Assembly: GCA_025363295.1 (NCBI GenBank)
Contig: JANYEC010000026.1
Location: 5,849-69,848 of the forward strand
Reading direction: 5' to 3'
DNA: 64,000 bases
Source: Akkermansiaceae bacterium
GTDB taxonomy: Bacteria; Verrucomicrobiota; Verrucomicrobiia; Verrucomicrobiales; Akkermansiaceae
A program made the position numbers and the translations under genes. Below the pieces are notes generated by a model. It did no database searches. It had not been told where the DNA came from and saw only the letters and a program-made list of their open reading frames with translations. Below, in pieces: positions 43,676-53,997 of the stretch. How positions within the stretch are numbered: position 1 is the stretch's first letter; every line of letters starts with the position of its first letter.

Positions 43676-45730
43676 GTGATAAAGTTTATCCTTCGGTATT
43701 TCCCGCTGTTTCACGCGATCTGTCTGCTCGCAAATGCAAAGCAGCTGCCTGAGCAGGTCGTGGCCCAAGCCGCCGCACGGATCGACTATTTACTCAACGA
43801 GGACCTCCTTCGGGCAAATTTAAAACCGAACACTCGCGTCGATGACTCGACTTTTCTCCGTCGCGCATATCTAGGCATCGTCGGGCGAATTCCTTCCGAG
43901 GCGGAGGTCGCCGGATTTCTTGATGACACGACTGCGAAAAAACGCGAAGCTCTCATTGAGAAACTCGTCGAGTCGCCCGGCTTCGATTCCCATCTTTTCA
44001 ACTGGGCTGCGGATCTTCTCCGCGTCCAAACGCGTCAGGAACAATTCGGCCTCGGCTGGCATGTTTGGCTGCGTAAATCGCTCGCGGAGGACAAGCCATG
44101 GGATTCCCTCGTGAACGAAATGCTCGCGTCCACCGGCCATTGCACCACCAACCCCGCCGTGGGTTACATCCTGCGGGATCGGAACATGCAGCTCGATAAT
44201 TTCAGCAACACCATGCAGGTTTTCCTCGGTCGCCAAATCGGTTGTGCACAGTGCCACGATCATCCGTTCGAGGATTGGAGCCAACATGAATACTATCAGA
44301 TGGCGGCGTTCGGTGGTGGCATCGAGTATCGCAGCCCAGAGGCTAAGGAGACCGTGAAAAAGGCAGTGACTGAAATCGCCACGACTCACAAGGAGGGAGT
44401 ATCAGATAGCCCACCTGTCATCCCACAAGACAAAAAAGCGGGGAGAGCCGATCCACAAGTCGTCCAACAGAAACGCGAAAAGGAAAAACTTGCTAGAAAA
44501 CTAGGCAACCAGTTCCGCCCACTCTTCAAGGAGCTGGATAAAAATGCGATCCTTGATGAGCCTAACTTAAAGCTCCGTCTTCCCGCCGATTATAAATACA
44601 AAGATGCAAAACCCAGTGAGGTCGTTGCCCCGGAAACGCTCTTCGGGCCGAAAGTTGTGAATATCGCTCCGTCTGATAGGCGTGAATCGTTTGCGGCTTG
44701 GGTGGTTTCACGCGAAAACCCGTTTTTTACCAAGACCATCGTGAATCGCCTCTGGTTGCGCACCTTCGGGCAAGCGCTCTTGGGTTCCTCGGTCGATGAC
44801 TTGAAGGATGACTCCACATCATTTCACCCAGAGGTGGTGAAATTTCTCGAAACCACGATGAAAGGAGCTAACTACGATCTCCGTCAGTTTCTCCGCATTC
44901 TCTATCGGACACAGTTGTTCCAGCGCGAGTGTCTCACTGAAGAACCTGCCATGGGCGAGCCACTGGCCTTCCGCGGCCCCCTGCTCACCCGCATGAGCGC
45001 GGAGCAGTTATATGATTCTTTCCTCGTCCTGAACCAAGGGGAAATCAAGGACACAGCTTCCTCTACTCTAGCAGAATCGTGGGAAGCCTATGGCAAACAG
45101 GTTAGCGGCTTGCTCAATGCGCCTTCTCACGATCTCGTCATCCTCGCCGAATCTGCGAAACAAGGGGAACAACTCCAGCGGGATGCTCAAAGCGATCTCC
45201 GAGCCGCTCAAAAATCTCTAGCAGACGCCACCACTCCGGAAGCCCGGCAGAAAGCCCAAGCCGATCTGCAAGACGCCCGGACCCGTTTTCAGGACGCCCG
45301 AGCTCAGGCAGACCCACTCAGGAACAAACAGCCGGAGAAAAATCGGGCCCGTGATAAAGGGATGGGACTTCTCCGCGCTTCAGAGCAGCCCGCTCCTTTC
45401 AATCCCGGCTCTCTCGTCCGCGAGTTCGGTGGATCTGATAGGCAGACGCCATCCTCCGGTAATACCCAAGCCACCATTCCCCAAGCCCTCGCACTGCTCA
45501 ATAATCCGAAAACCGATATCCTCGATGGCAAGAGGAGCCATCTTGCCAAGGCCCTTTTTAAACTCGATTCCCCGGAAGCCCGCATCGATCACTTATTTCT
45601 AACGCTCTTCGCCCAGCATCCCACCGCTCAGGAAAAGCAACGCTATCTATCCGCTGCAGCGAATGAAATTACCCTGCGTGATCTCACCAGCGCCATGCTC
45701 ATTTCTAACCGCTTCATCTTTATCCCATAA
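43676..45730 (+). CDS. DUF1549/DUF1553 domain protein
   Basis: DDSTFLRRAYLGIVGRIP, CAQCHDH, NPFFTKTIVNRLW, PQALALLN. Confidence 0.92.
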   Translation: MIKFILRYFPLFHAICLLANAKQLPEQVVAQAAARIDYLLNEDLLRANLKPNTRVDDSTFLRRAYLGIVGRIPSEAEVAGFLDDTTAKKREALIEKLVESPGFDSHLFNWAADLLRVQTRQEQFGLGWHVWLRKSLAEDKPWDSLVNEMLASTGHCTTNPAVGYILRDRNMQLDNFSNTMQVFLGRQIGCAQCHDHPFEDWSQHEYYQMAAFGGGIEYRSPEAKETVKKAVTEIATTHKEGVSDSPPVIPQDKKAGRADPQVVQQKREKEKLARKLGNQFRPLFKELDKNAILDEPNLKLRLPADYKYKDAKPSEVVAPETLFGPKVVNIAPSDRRESFAAWVVSRENPFFTKTIVNRLWLRTFGQALLGSSVDDLKDDSTSFHPEVVKFLETTMKGANYDLRQFLRILYRTQLFQRECLTEEPAMGEPLAFRGPLLTRMSAEQLYDSFLVLNQGEIKDTASSTLAESWEAYGKQVSGLLNAPSHDLVILAESAKQGEQLQRDAQSDLRAAQKSLADATTPEARQKAQADLQDARTRFQDARAQADPLRNKQPEKNRARDKGMGLLRASEQPAPFNPGSLVREFGGSDRQTPSSGNTQATIPQALALLNNPKTDILDGKRSHLAKALFKLDSPEARIDHLFLTLFAQHPTAQEKQRYLSAAANEITLRDLTSAMLISNRFIFIP

Positions 45731-45737
45731 GCCTGCC

Positions 45738-47054
45738 ATGAATCCGAATCAACTCAATGAGCTTAACCGTCGCGACTTCCTTAGCCGCACCGCCCGCACC
45801 TGTTTCGGACTCACGATCGGTAGCTCGATGGCCCGCCTTTTCGATAGCCCTGCCTATGCAGCAGACCCCACCGTAGCCCAAGCGGGTGGCGGTAAAGCCA
45901 AGCATGTCATCTATCTCTACATGTCCGGTGGCATGACCCACATTGACACCTTCGATCCCAAGCCCCAGGCCCCCTCAGATGTCCGTGGCACAGTCAAAGC
46001 GATCGCTACCAAAGCCGATGGCATCCAGCTCGGCCACTGCCTGCCCTTGCTTGCAAATTCTGCTGATAAAATCGCGCTCATCCGGTCGCTCAGTAGCACC
46101 CAAGGAGCCCATGAGCAGGGGAAATACCTCATGCACACCGGTTACGCCCCGCGTGGCACCATCACCCATCCATCATCCGGCGCTTGGGTTTCCAAACTCG
46201 CCGGGCCACTCAGTAAGGACATGCCTCCCTTTGTGCTCGTCGGTGGGGGAAACCGCCACCCTGGAGCAGGATTCTTTGAACCCGCATTTGCCCCACTTCC
46301 GATCGGCGATCCCGCACTTGGTCTTCAGGATGTGAAGCGCCGCGCTGGAGTTACGGAAGATTCTTTCACCCGTCAGCTCGAACTCCGCCGCGAGCTAGAC
46401 CACGATTTCGATCGCAAATTTCACAGCGGCCAGAAAGCCGTTCGCGCTTACGACGAGGTCTATTCTTCCGCTGTTAGCCTCATGAAATCCGAAGACCTCG
46501 CCGCCTTCGATCTCTCCAAGGAACCCGCCGTCAGCCGCGCCGCATACGGCAGTGATCGTTTTGGTCAAGGCGTGCTGTTAGCCCGCCGTCTTGTCGAGCA
46601 TGGCGTGCGTTTCATCGAGGTCGAGCTAGGTGGCTTTGATTGGCACGCGGACAATTTCGAGCAGATGGAGGAAAAAATCCCCATCCTTGATCAAGCACTC
46701 TCCGCACTCATCACCGATCTATCAGCCCGCGGCCTTTTGGAATCCACCTTAGTCGTCGTCGCCACGGAGTTCGGCCGTTCCCCGAAAATCACCCCGAACG
46801 CCGGCCGCAACCATTACCCCAAAGCCTTCTCCTGCCTCCTCGCCGGTGGCGGCGTCCGTGGCGGCCAAGCCTATGGAGTCACCGATGAAACCGGATCTAA
46901 CGTGATAGAAAACAAAGTCGGCGCAGCGGATTTCAATGCCACCATCGCATTCTCGCTTGGCCTGCCATACGACCAGGTTCTCCTATCACCCAGCAAACGC
47001 CCCTTCAAAATGAGCGGCCAAGACGGCAAGCCCATCACCGCGATTTTCGGCTGA
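45738..47054 (+). CDS. DUF1501 domain protein (Tat-like signal)
   Basis: NRRDFL, YMSGGMTHIDTFDPKP, GQGVLLARRLVEHGVRFIEV, EFGRSP, RNHYP. Confidence 0.92.
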   Translation: MNPNQLNELNRRDFLSRTARTCFGLTIGSSMARLFDSPAYAADPTVAQAGGGKAKHVIYLYMSGGMTHIDTFDPKPQAPSDVRGTVKAIATKADGIQLGHCLPLLANSADKIALIRSLSSTQGAHEQGKYLMHTGYAPRGTITHPSSGAWVSKLAGPLSKDMPPFVLVGGGNRHPGAGFFEPAFAPLPIGDPALGLQDVKRRAGVTEDSFTRQLELRRELDHDFDRKFHSGQKAVRAYDEVYSSAVSLMKSEDLAAFDLSKEPAVSRAAYGSDRFGQGVLLARRLVEHGVRFIEVELGGFDWHADNFEQMEEKIPILDQALSALITDLSARGLLESTLVVVATEFGRSPKITPNAGRNHYPKAFSCLLAGGGVRGGQAYGVTDETGSNVIENKVGAADFNATIAFSLGLPYDQVLLSPSKRPFKMSGQDGKPITAIFG

Positions 47055-47202
47055 GCATCACATGTTAGGGTGACCCAAACGTCATCCAGCACAACGTCGC
47101 AGGAGCGTCTTGCTCCGAGTTTTCTAATTCAAAGTTTCCGCTAGGCCACACGCCATTCAAGTAGCCACATCATATAAATTTCCAGTCAAATACTAACATG
47201 AA

Positions 47203-48291
47203 TCATAACGCTGCCTTCTCCTTTTGTAGCAGGGCGCGCTTGCGTTCGACTCCCCAACGATAACCACTCAGCACGCCGTCGGTTCGCACGACGCGATGGC
47301 AAGGAATGGCCACCGCCAGTTTGTTAGCAGCGCAGGCAGAGGCCACAGCCCTCACCGCTTTCGGTGCACCGATTTGCTGCGCGATCTGCATGTAACTCGA
47401 TGTCGTGCCCGGCGGTATCTCGCGCAGGGCCTGCCACACCCGGTGTTGAAAGACCGTGCCCCGTACCGCCAGCGGCAAGTCGAGACCGAGTTGCGGCGCT
47501 TCGACAAACCCGATTACTTTCGCGACCAGAGCTTCAAATTCCGCGTCATCGCCCACGAACTGCGCTTTCGGAAAAAGATCCTGCAATTCCCGCCCTAGTT
47601 TCTCTGGATCGTCGCCCAGAGCGATCGAGCACCCCCCTTTTTCGGAGGCCGCGAGCCGAATCGAACCCAAGGCACATTCGCCCACGGCAAAGCGAATCGT
47701 TTCCCCGGTCCCACCCTTGCGGAAACTCGCCGGTTTCATCCCCAGCATTTGCGCCGACTTTGCATAAAAACGACCACTCGACTGGTAACCCGCCTCATAA
47801 ATTGCCACAGTCACGCTTCTAAGAGCGGGCAGTTGGGCACGCATCCGTTTTGCCCGATGCGCCAGCGTGTGGGCTTTCGGCGTCAACCCGGTCATTTTTA
47901 CAAATCCCCGGTGAAAATGAAATCTGCTTATCGCGGCGGCCTTAGCGAGGGCATCCAGGCTGGGAACCACCTCCTCTTGTTCAATTGCCCGACAAGCGGC
48001 GGCCACCTTTGTCGCATATTCTTGGACTAACGCCTGACTATTCGGCTGACAGCGTTTGCAGGGGCGAAAACCCGCCGCCTCCGCCGCCTCACTAGAGTCG
48101 TGAAACGCGACATTCTTTCGCAATGCAAGCCGAGCCGCACACGCCGGGCGGCAATAAACTCCGGTAGTCTTCACCGAGTAATAAAAAAAACCATCGGCCT
48201 GCGGATCGCGTTGGCTCACTGCTAGCCAGCGCCCGTCGTCACTGGGGTAGGGAGTGGCTTCTGGCTAGGTAGGTTGGGAAGTCGTATGCAT
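47203..48291 (-). CDS. ada: Ada regulator / O6-methylguanine-DNA methyltransferase; in-frame TAG at codon 9 (48265-48267), track ORF restarts at GTG 48219
   Basis: TTGVYCRPAC...GFRPCKRC zinc site, AraC-type HTH, IPCHRVV active site. Confidence 0.9.
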
Positions 48292-48343
48292 AGTGGATTT
48301 GCCCTGCAAGATAACAGGCGCACAGAAAATAAAACTCCGTTTC

Positions 48344-48356
48344 TTGCTTTTGCATT
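48344..48356 (-). promoter_or_regulatory. Ada box (AAT-N6-GCAA)
   Basis: Minus strand AAT-GCAAAA-GCAA(GA), about 50 bp upstream of the ada ATG; matches the E. coli A/B box consensus. Confidence 0.6.
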
Positions 48357-48584
48357 CGCCAATGCAGGACGCGATCCGAATCTAACGAAAAATGTGGCAG
48401 ATGCCGCCCGTTTCCGTCCGTGCGGGCTATCCTTGTCGCCGTCAAGATGTCCTCTTTTTCGCAGTGTTGGGAGGGATTATTAGTCGATCACCGTGAATTG
48501 GCGGCGCTCACTTCCGATGATTTTAATTTTCTCCTGAGCCTCCGCTTGCCGTCGCCCTTCAGAGCGCTAGGCTCTTGCTGCCCG

Positions 48585-51500
48585 ATGTCTGATTCCTTCG
48601 TTCACCTTCACCTTCACACTGAATTTTCCCTGCTCGATGGCATGATCCGCACCAAGGATTTAGCCAAACGCGCCGCTGATCTGGGCATGCCCGCCGTGGC
48701 GATGACCGACCACGGCAATCTTTACGGCGCAATCGAATTCTATCAAAGCTGCTTGAAAAATAAGGTGAAGCCGATTTTTGGTTGCGAAATCTATCTCTCG
48801 CCGTTTGCGCTGGAGGATAAAAAGGAAGTGGCGGGGCGGAAAAGAGCGACCCACATGACGCTTCTCGCCGAGACGAACGAGGGCTGGAAAAACCTAAGCA
48901 AGTTGGTCACGAAGGGCCATTTGGAGGGACTTTATTACGGCCACCCCCGCGTGGACCGGGATGCGCTTCGACTTTATTCCAAAGGCATCATTTGTCTAAC
49001 GGGTTGTATCTCCGGCCCGGTCAATGAGTGGCTGCTGGCAGGTGACGAGGACAAGGCTCGCCAGACGATAGCTGAATTGGTCGATATTTATGGTGCATCT
49101 AACGTTTATGTGGAAATCCACAACCACGGGCTGGAGCAACAGCGGCGTGTGAATCCGGGTTTGCTGAAACTCGCCAAGGAATTCGGACTGAAGCCGGTAG
49201 CCTCTAACGATGTGCATTTTCTCAATCGCGAGGATCATGAAGCGCACGACGTGATGATCTGCATTGGCACCGGGCATCTGGTGGTCGATGAAAACCGGAT
49301 GCACTACACGCCGGAGGTTTATTTTAAGACCGCTAAAGAAATGCGGGCGTTGTTTGAAGACGTGCCGGGTGCCTGCGATGCTACGTTAGAAATTGCCGAG
49401 CGCTGCAACGTCTCAATCACGCTGGACGCCACATCATCGGATAAGTATCCGCAATTCGGCACGCCAGACGGCAGTCCACGCGAGGAATACATGATGAAAA
49501 TTTGCCGTGAGGGCCTGGTGAAACGCTACGGAGTTGATAAGGCGGAGTCGCCGGAAATCTCGGATCGCTTGAAATACGAGGTGGACATTATCAACCAACT
49601 CGGGTTCGCATCGTACTTCCTCATCACGGCAGATTTCATTCAATGGGCGCGTGATCAAAACATTCCTGTTGGGCCGGGCCGGGGCTCTGCGGCGGGCTCA
49701 CTGGCGTCTTATGCGATGGGCATCACGGACATCTGCCCCATGCGTTTCGGTCTGTTATTTGAGCGGTTTCTCAACCCGGAACGCGTCAGCCCACCCGACG
49801 TCGATATCGACTTCTGCCAGAGTCGCCGCGTGGAGGTGATTGAATATGTTAGAAAAAAATATGGTGAGCGCAGTGTTTCTCATATCATCACTTACGGCAC
49901 GATGGGTGCGAAGAGTGTGCTGCGCGATGTTTCGCGGGTGATGGGAATTTCCTATGGTGAGGCGGACCGGATCGCAAAAATGATCGAAGCGAAACCGGGC
50001 GTCACTCTGAAAAGCGAGTGGGACAGCAAGCCGGAGCTCAAAGAACTGATAGAAAGCTGCTCGTCCTATCGGGATCTCTGGAACTATGCGCTCAAGCTGG
50101 AAGGCATCAATCGCAACGTCGGCGTACACGCGGCGGGCGTGGTGATTGGAGATCGCCCGTTAGATGAACACGTCCCGCTCACCCGCGGCAACGAGGGCGA
50201 AGTCGTCACTCAGTACGACATGGGTGCGATCACCGAAGTGGGTCTGCTGAAGATGGATTTCCTCGGACTGAAGAACTTAACGGTCATTCAGGATGCGGTG
50301 GAACACATTCGTAAACATACGCCGGATTTCACGATCGAAAAAGTTCCGCTAGACGATGTGGAAACTTTCAAGATCCTGAACCGTGGTGAGACCATGGGAG
50401 TGTTCCAGTTAGAATCCGGCGGCATGGTAGAAACTTGTCGTAAGTATGACATCAACAGCATCGATGATATCATCGACTTGATCGCCGTCTATCGGCCGGG
50501 TGCGATGCAGTTCATCGATCAGATGCTCGACGTAAAAAAGGGCAAGAAGCCGTTTTACGAGCATCCTCTGCTGGAAGAAGTCTGTGGCAAAACTTATGGG
50601 GTGATGATCTATCAGGAGCAAGTGCAGAATGCCGCAAAATTGCTTGCCGGATACACGCTCGGCGGCGCCGACCTTTTGCGTCGCGCGATGGGCAAGAAGG
50701 ACCCGAAAAAAATGGCCGAGGAGCGTTCCAAGTTTGTCGAAGGCGCACTGCGCACGAATGGCATCGGTGAAAAGCTGGCGAACCAGATTTTCGAAAAGAT
50801 CGAGATGTTTGCCGGTTACGGATTTAACAAATCCCACTCGGCGTGTTACGGCCACATTTCGTATTGGACGGCCTATCTGAAAGCGAACCACGGGGTAGAA
50901 TTCCTCGCGGGCTTGCTTTCTAACGAGATTCATAACACCGACAAGATTGGCGTGTTCGTTTCTGAATGCCACCGGATGAATATTGAAATCCTGCCGCCGG
51001 ATCTGAATGCCTCCCTATTGCGCTTTTCTCCAGAAATCACACCTAACGGAAGTAAAGGCGTGCGCTATGGCCTCGCCGCAATCAAAAACTGTGGCGAGGG
51101 AGCAATGGCGGCCACGATCGCCGAGCGTGAGAAAAACGGCAAATTCACCTCGCTCGATGATTTTTCCTCACGTCTCGATTCAAAGGTCGTAAACAAGCGG
51201 ATTCTCGAAAACTTGGTGAAAGCCGGTGCGCTTGATTGGACTGGTGAGACACGCGCGGGCATGTTTGCTAGATTAGAACAGGTCGTAGCATCCGCCTCCT
51301 CCGCGCAGAAGGATCGGGCGTCCGGACAAGTTTCGATGTTTGATTCTATCGAGTTCGCGCCACCTGCGCCGATTGAAAAAAAGCGCCGCAGTGAGGCTGC
51401 CATCACGGAATGGACGAAGGATGAGCGGCTGGCTCACGAAAAAGAGTTGCTAGGGTTTTATGTCACAGGTCACCCGTTAGATAAGTTTCGTAAGGTGATC

Positions 51501-52058
51501 GATTCGGACCGTTACCGCCGCCTTGGTTTGGTGGATGATCTGGATTTGGGCAATTCCCGAGACCGTTATCCGTTTGCAGGAATGGTGCGTAGTCTCGAAT
51601 CAAAAATGACGAAAACCGGTAAGCCCTTTGGCGTGCTCGTGATGGAAGATTTTACAGGTAGCAGTGAAATCATGCTGTGGGGTGAAACGTTCGTCCCAGC
51701 ACGTGATGCGGGGTTGTTAGAGGTTGGGAAAATCATTAAGCTCAAGTGCGCTGTGCAAGTGGACGACCGCACCGGCGGTCGCCGCCTAACGGGTTATGAA
51801 GTTGGCGAACTCAAACAAAAACGGGCTGCCGCGAATCAAAAAGGCCCGCTCGAGCTGATGCTTTGGACGACCCGCCACTGCGAGCGGGATCTGAACGAAA
51901 TTCTCCACACGATCCGCGGCTATCCGGGTGATACTCCCGTTTTACTGCATTTCCAGAACAGCGCGGGTCGTCGCGTCACTGTCGCCGCCTGCGAGTCCCT
52001 CAATGTGAAGCGTAGCGATGAGCTGGAAGATGAACTGGACCGCTGGTTGGAAGAATAA
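48585..52058 (+). CDS. dnaE: DNA polymerase III alpha subunit
   Basis: PHP domain HLHLHTEFSLLDG, RGSAAGS, PDVDIDF, KMDFLGLKNL, YGFNKSHS, OB fold; no intein-sized insertion. Confidence 0.98.
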   Translation: MSDSFVHLHLHTEFSLLDGMIRTKDLAKRAADLGMPAVAMTDHGNLYGAIEFYQSCLKNKVKPIFGCEIYLSPFALEDKKEVAGRKRATHMTLLAETNEGWKNLSKLVTKGHLEGLYYGHPRVDRDALRLYSKGIICLTGCISGPVNEWLLAGDEDKARQTIAELVDIYGASNVYVEIHNHGLEQQRRVNPGLLKLAKEFGLKPVASNDVHFLNREDHEAHDVMICIGTGHLVVDENRMHYTPEVYFKTAKEMRALFEDVPGACDATLEIAERCNVSITLDATSSDKYPQFGTPDGSPREEYMMKICREGLVKRYGVDKAESPEISDRLKYEVDIINQLGFASYFLITADFIQWARDQNIPVGPGRGSAAGSLASYAMGITDICPMRFGLLFERFLNPERVSPPDVDIDFCQSRRVEVIEYVRKKYGERSVSHIITYGTMGAKSVLRDVSRVMGISYGEADRIAKMIEAKPGVTLKSEWDSKPELKELIESCSSYRDLWNYALKLEGINRNVGVHAAGVVIGDRPLDEHVPLTRGNEGEVVTQYDMGAITEVGLLKMDFLGLKNLTVIQDAVEHIRKHTPDFTIEKVPLDDVETFKILNRGETMGVFQLESGGMVETCRKYDINSIDDIIDLIAVYRPGAMQFIDQMLDVKKGKKPFYEHPLLEEVCGKTYGVMIYQEQVQNAAKLLAGYTLGGADLLRRAMGKKDPKKMAEERSKFVEGALRTNGIGEKLANQIFEKIEMFAGYGFNKSHSACYGHISYWTAYLKANHGVEFLAGLLSNEIHNTDKIGVFVSECHRMNIEILPPDLNASLLRFSPEITPNGSKGVRYGLAAIKNCGEGAMAATIAEREKNGKFTSLDDFSSRLDSKVVNKRILENLVKAGALDWTGETRAGMFARLEQVVASASSAQKDRASGQVSMFDSIEFAPPAPIEKKRRSEAAITEWTKDERLAHEKELLGFYVTGHPLDKFRKVIDSDRYRRLGLVDDLDLGNSRDRYPFAGMVRSLESKMTKTGKPFGVLVMEDFTGSSEIMLWGETFVPARDAGLLEVGKIIKLKCAVQVDDRTGGRRLTGYEVGELKQKRAAANQKGPLELMLWTTRHCERDLNEILHTIRGYPGDTPVLLHFQNSAGRRVTVAACESLNVKRSDELEDELDRWLEE

Positions 52059-52100
52059 TGAAATTTTTGCACACTGCGGTTTTGATGCTAAGATCCCGTT

Positions 52101-52646
52101 ATGCTTCATCGAATCATCATCCCCGCTATGGTTATGGCTGCGACTGCCTACGCCGCCGACCTTACTTCAATTCCCTTTGCAGACGCGGCCGGAAAGGAAA
52201 CATCGCTCAAAGCTTATTCGGGGAAGGTAGTGCTCGTGGTGAACGTCGCGTCAAAGTGCGGTCTCACGCCGCAATATGAGGCGCTCGAAGGACTCTATAA
52301 AAAGCACAAGGATCAAGACTTCGTGGTGCTGGGTTTTCCTTGTAATGACTTCGGCAATCAGGAGCCGGGCTCGATCGAGGAGATTCAGAAATTTTGTAAA
52401 GCGAGTTATGATGTGACATTCCCGATCATGGGGAAACTCAGCGTGAAAGGGGCGGACCAGCACCCACTCTATCAGGCTCTAACAGGAAAAGACGGAGCAT
52501 TTCCTGGCGATGTGCGCTGGAATTTTGGTAAATTTCTTATCGGGAAAGATGGTAAGCCCATCGCTCGTTTTGAGCCCACCACAAAGCCTGACAGTGAGGA
52601 AGTCACGAAGGCGGTGGAAAAAGCGATTGCGCAGCCGAAGCCTTGA
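52101..52646 (+). CDS. glutathione peroxidase family protein (Cys type)
   Basis: VNVASKCGLTPQY, GFPCNDFGNQEPG, WNFGKFLI. Confidence 0.94.
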   Translation: MLHRIIIPAMVMAATAYAADLTSIPFADAAGKETSLKAYSGKVVLVVNVASKCGLTPQYEALEGLYKKHKDQDFVVLGFPCNDFGNQEPGSIEEIQKFCKASYDVTFPIMGKLSVKGADQHPLYQALTGKDGAFPGDVRWNFGKFLIGKDGKPIARFEPTTKPDSEEVTKAVEKAIAQPKP

Positions 52647-52751
52647 TAGAGCTTCGCCAAACTGGGAGTGAGGAATTTATTTTGTGCTACGTACGATAAA
52701 GTGACTCGAAGAATAAATTCAGCGCTCCATTGGGGCAAGCGGTGGTGAGGA

Positions 52752-53309
52752 TCAGCTCTTCAGTTTTTTACTGATTGTCGCAAGAGTGTGAGCAGGCAGA
52801 ACTGGCTTTGCGAACTCGGCAAAATCTAACGGCGATTCAGGCAGATCTACCCAACTACGACATCCGCCGTAGCTTTTCTGATAGGGGAATTCCCATGGCT
52901 CGGCTAGCTCCTTTACTTGCACCAGAGCGACGTGAATGCTGCTAGAGGCTATGCCTTTGCCTTCCCAATCGAAGCGATCGCGGACGGTTTGTTCCGAATA
53001 AATATGATAGGGAGCGAGTGCTTCTACTTTTTCCCATTCTGTCACAGTGATCGCCCACAGCGCTTTTGCATAGTGGGTGATCTGAATGAGCTCGCCGGGC
53101 TGCCATTCGGGCATTACTTTTACTTGGCCTTCACGGACTTGGTCAGCTTGGGCGTGGAAGCGGGTAGGAAAGAGAAAAAACGATTCGTGGGCGAAGGAAA
53201 ATCCCTGGCGTCCTTCGTGGATGCCACCCTTGCGCAGAATGATCGATTGCCGCCCGTTGGCCAGCGCCTCGCAAACGACCTGCCACTCTTTGAAGCCAAT
53301 GGTTGCCAT
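52752..53309 (-). CDS. DUF1802 family protein
   Basis: FKEWQVVCEALANGRQSIILRKGGIHE, LFPTRFH, YGGCRSWV. Confidence 0.9.
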   Translation of the reverse strand: MATIGFKEWQVVCEALANGRQSIILRKGGIHEGRQGFSFAHESFFLFPTRFHAQADQVREGQVKVMPEWQPGELIQITHYAKALWAITVTEWEKVEALAPYHIYSEQTVRDRFDWEGKGIASSSIHVALVQVKELAEPWEFPYQKSYGGCRSWVDLPESPLDFAEFAKPVLPAHTLATISKKLKS

Positions 53310-53337
53310 CCGGGGAATTGAGATCTGAGATTTCAAA

Positions 53338-53568
53338 TTATCCCAAGTCATCTGCCGTGACGGACGTTTGTTCGCGCGAGCCGAGGATGCGGGCTTGGAG
53401 AACCACTCGCTCGGGAGCTGGGTCGAAACGATAGCTGTGGCAGTTTGGGCAGAGTGCAGCTGCGCTTCCAACGATCGAATCGCAACCTTCACAGACCTTG
53501 TAGCCTGACGGATTACTAGCGATTTTCGCGGCGGCGGCAGCGCGGTTAGGTGGAGGTGAGTCTGGCAT
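53338..53568 (-). CDS. small zinc-ribbon hypothetical protein
   Basis: YKVCEGCDSIV...LCPNCHSYRFD (CxxC...CxxC). Confidence 0.65.
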   Translation of the reverse strand: MPDSPPPNRAAAAAKIASNPSGYKVCEGCDSIVGSAAALCPNCHSYRFDPAPERVVLQARILGSREQTSVTADDLG

Positions 53569-53645
53569 GGCGAAATGAAACAAGCGGCACCGGTAAACCG
53601 GCCCGCTTGTTTCGTTGAGTTTCAGGAAACTGGCTGACAGGTCAA

Positions 53646-53909
53646 TTAGGCGATGGCAGCAATCGCCTTCGCAGTTTTGCTCTTTAAGTTAGCAGCCTTA
53701 TTCGGGTGAATCAAGTTGCGCTTTGCGGCTTTATCCGCGACGGAGGAAAATGCGGAGCTTGCAGCAGTCGCAGCGGCCTTATCGCCAGCAGCGATGGCAG
53801 TAAGCACCTTTTTGCGGAGCGTCTTGATACGGCTCTTTTCAGCGCGGTTGCGTTCGGTGCGAACGACAGTTTGACGGGCGCGCTTGATGGAAGATTTGTG
53901 ATTGGCCAT
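53646..53909 (-). CDS. rpsT: 30S ribosomal protein S20
   Basis: [13 protein letters not shown]...RN...KS.IKTL.KK...IHPNKAA..KS. Confidence 0.97.
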   Translation of the reverse strand: MANHKSSIKRARQTVVRTERNRAEKSRIKTLRKKVLTAIAAGDKAAATAASSAFSSVADKAAKRNLIHPNKAANLKSKTAKAIAAIA

Positions 53910-53952
53910 AGTAGTAGTTTAAAAAAATCAGTCGCCTGAAGGCGGGCGGGGG

Positions 53953-53980
53953 AAAATAGGAATTTTGGTGTAGGTGTCAA
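53953..53980 (-). promoter_or_regulatory. sigma70-type promoter of rpsT
   Basis: TTGACA-16bp-TATTTT on the minus strand, about 45 bp upstream of rpsT. Confidence 0.6.
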
Positions 53981-53997
53981 GCTCGTGTTTCAAGGAC

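Noticed and set aside
47061-47200. CATGTTAG / CTAACATG inverted repeat resembling attC core sites
   Set aside because: Only 8 bp, the boxes are in the wrong order for an attC, and there is no internal stem.
48585-52058. Intein or split in dnaE
   Set aside because: Length (~1157 aa) and continuous motifs match an ordinary DnaE.
52101-52646. Selenocysteine glutathione peroxidase
   Set aside because: The active-site codon is TGC (Cys); there is no in-frame TGA.
52660-52730. Imperfect inverted repeat GAATTTATT...AATAAATTC between gpx and DUF1802
   Set aside because: Adequately explained as a bidirectional terminator-like hairpin between convergent genes.
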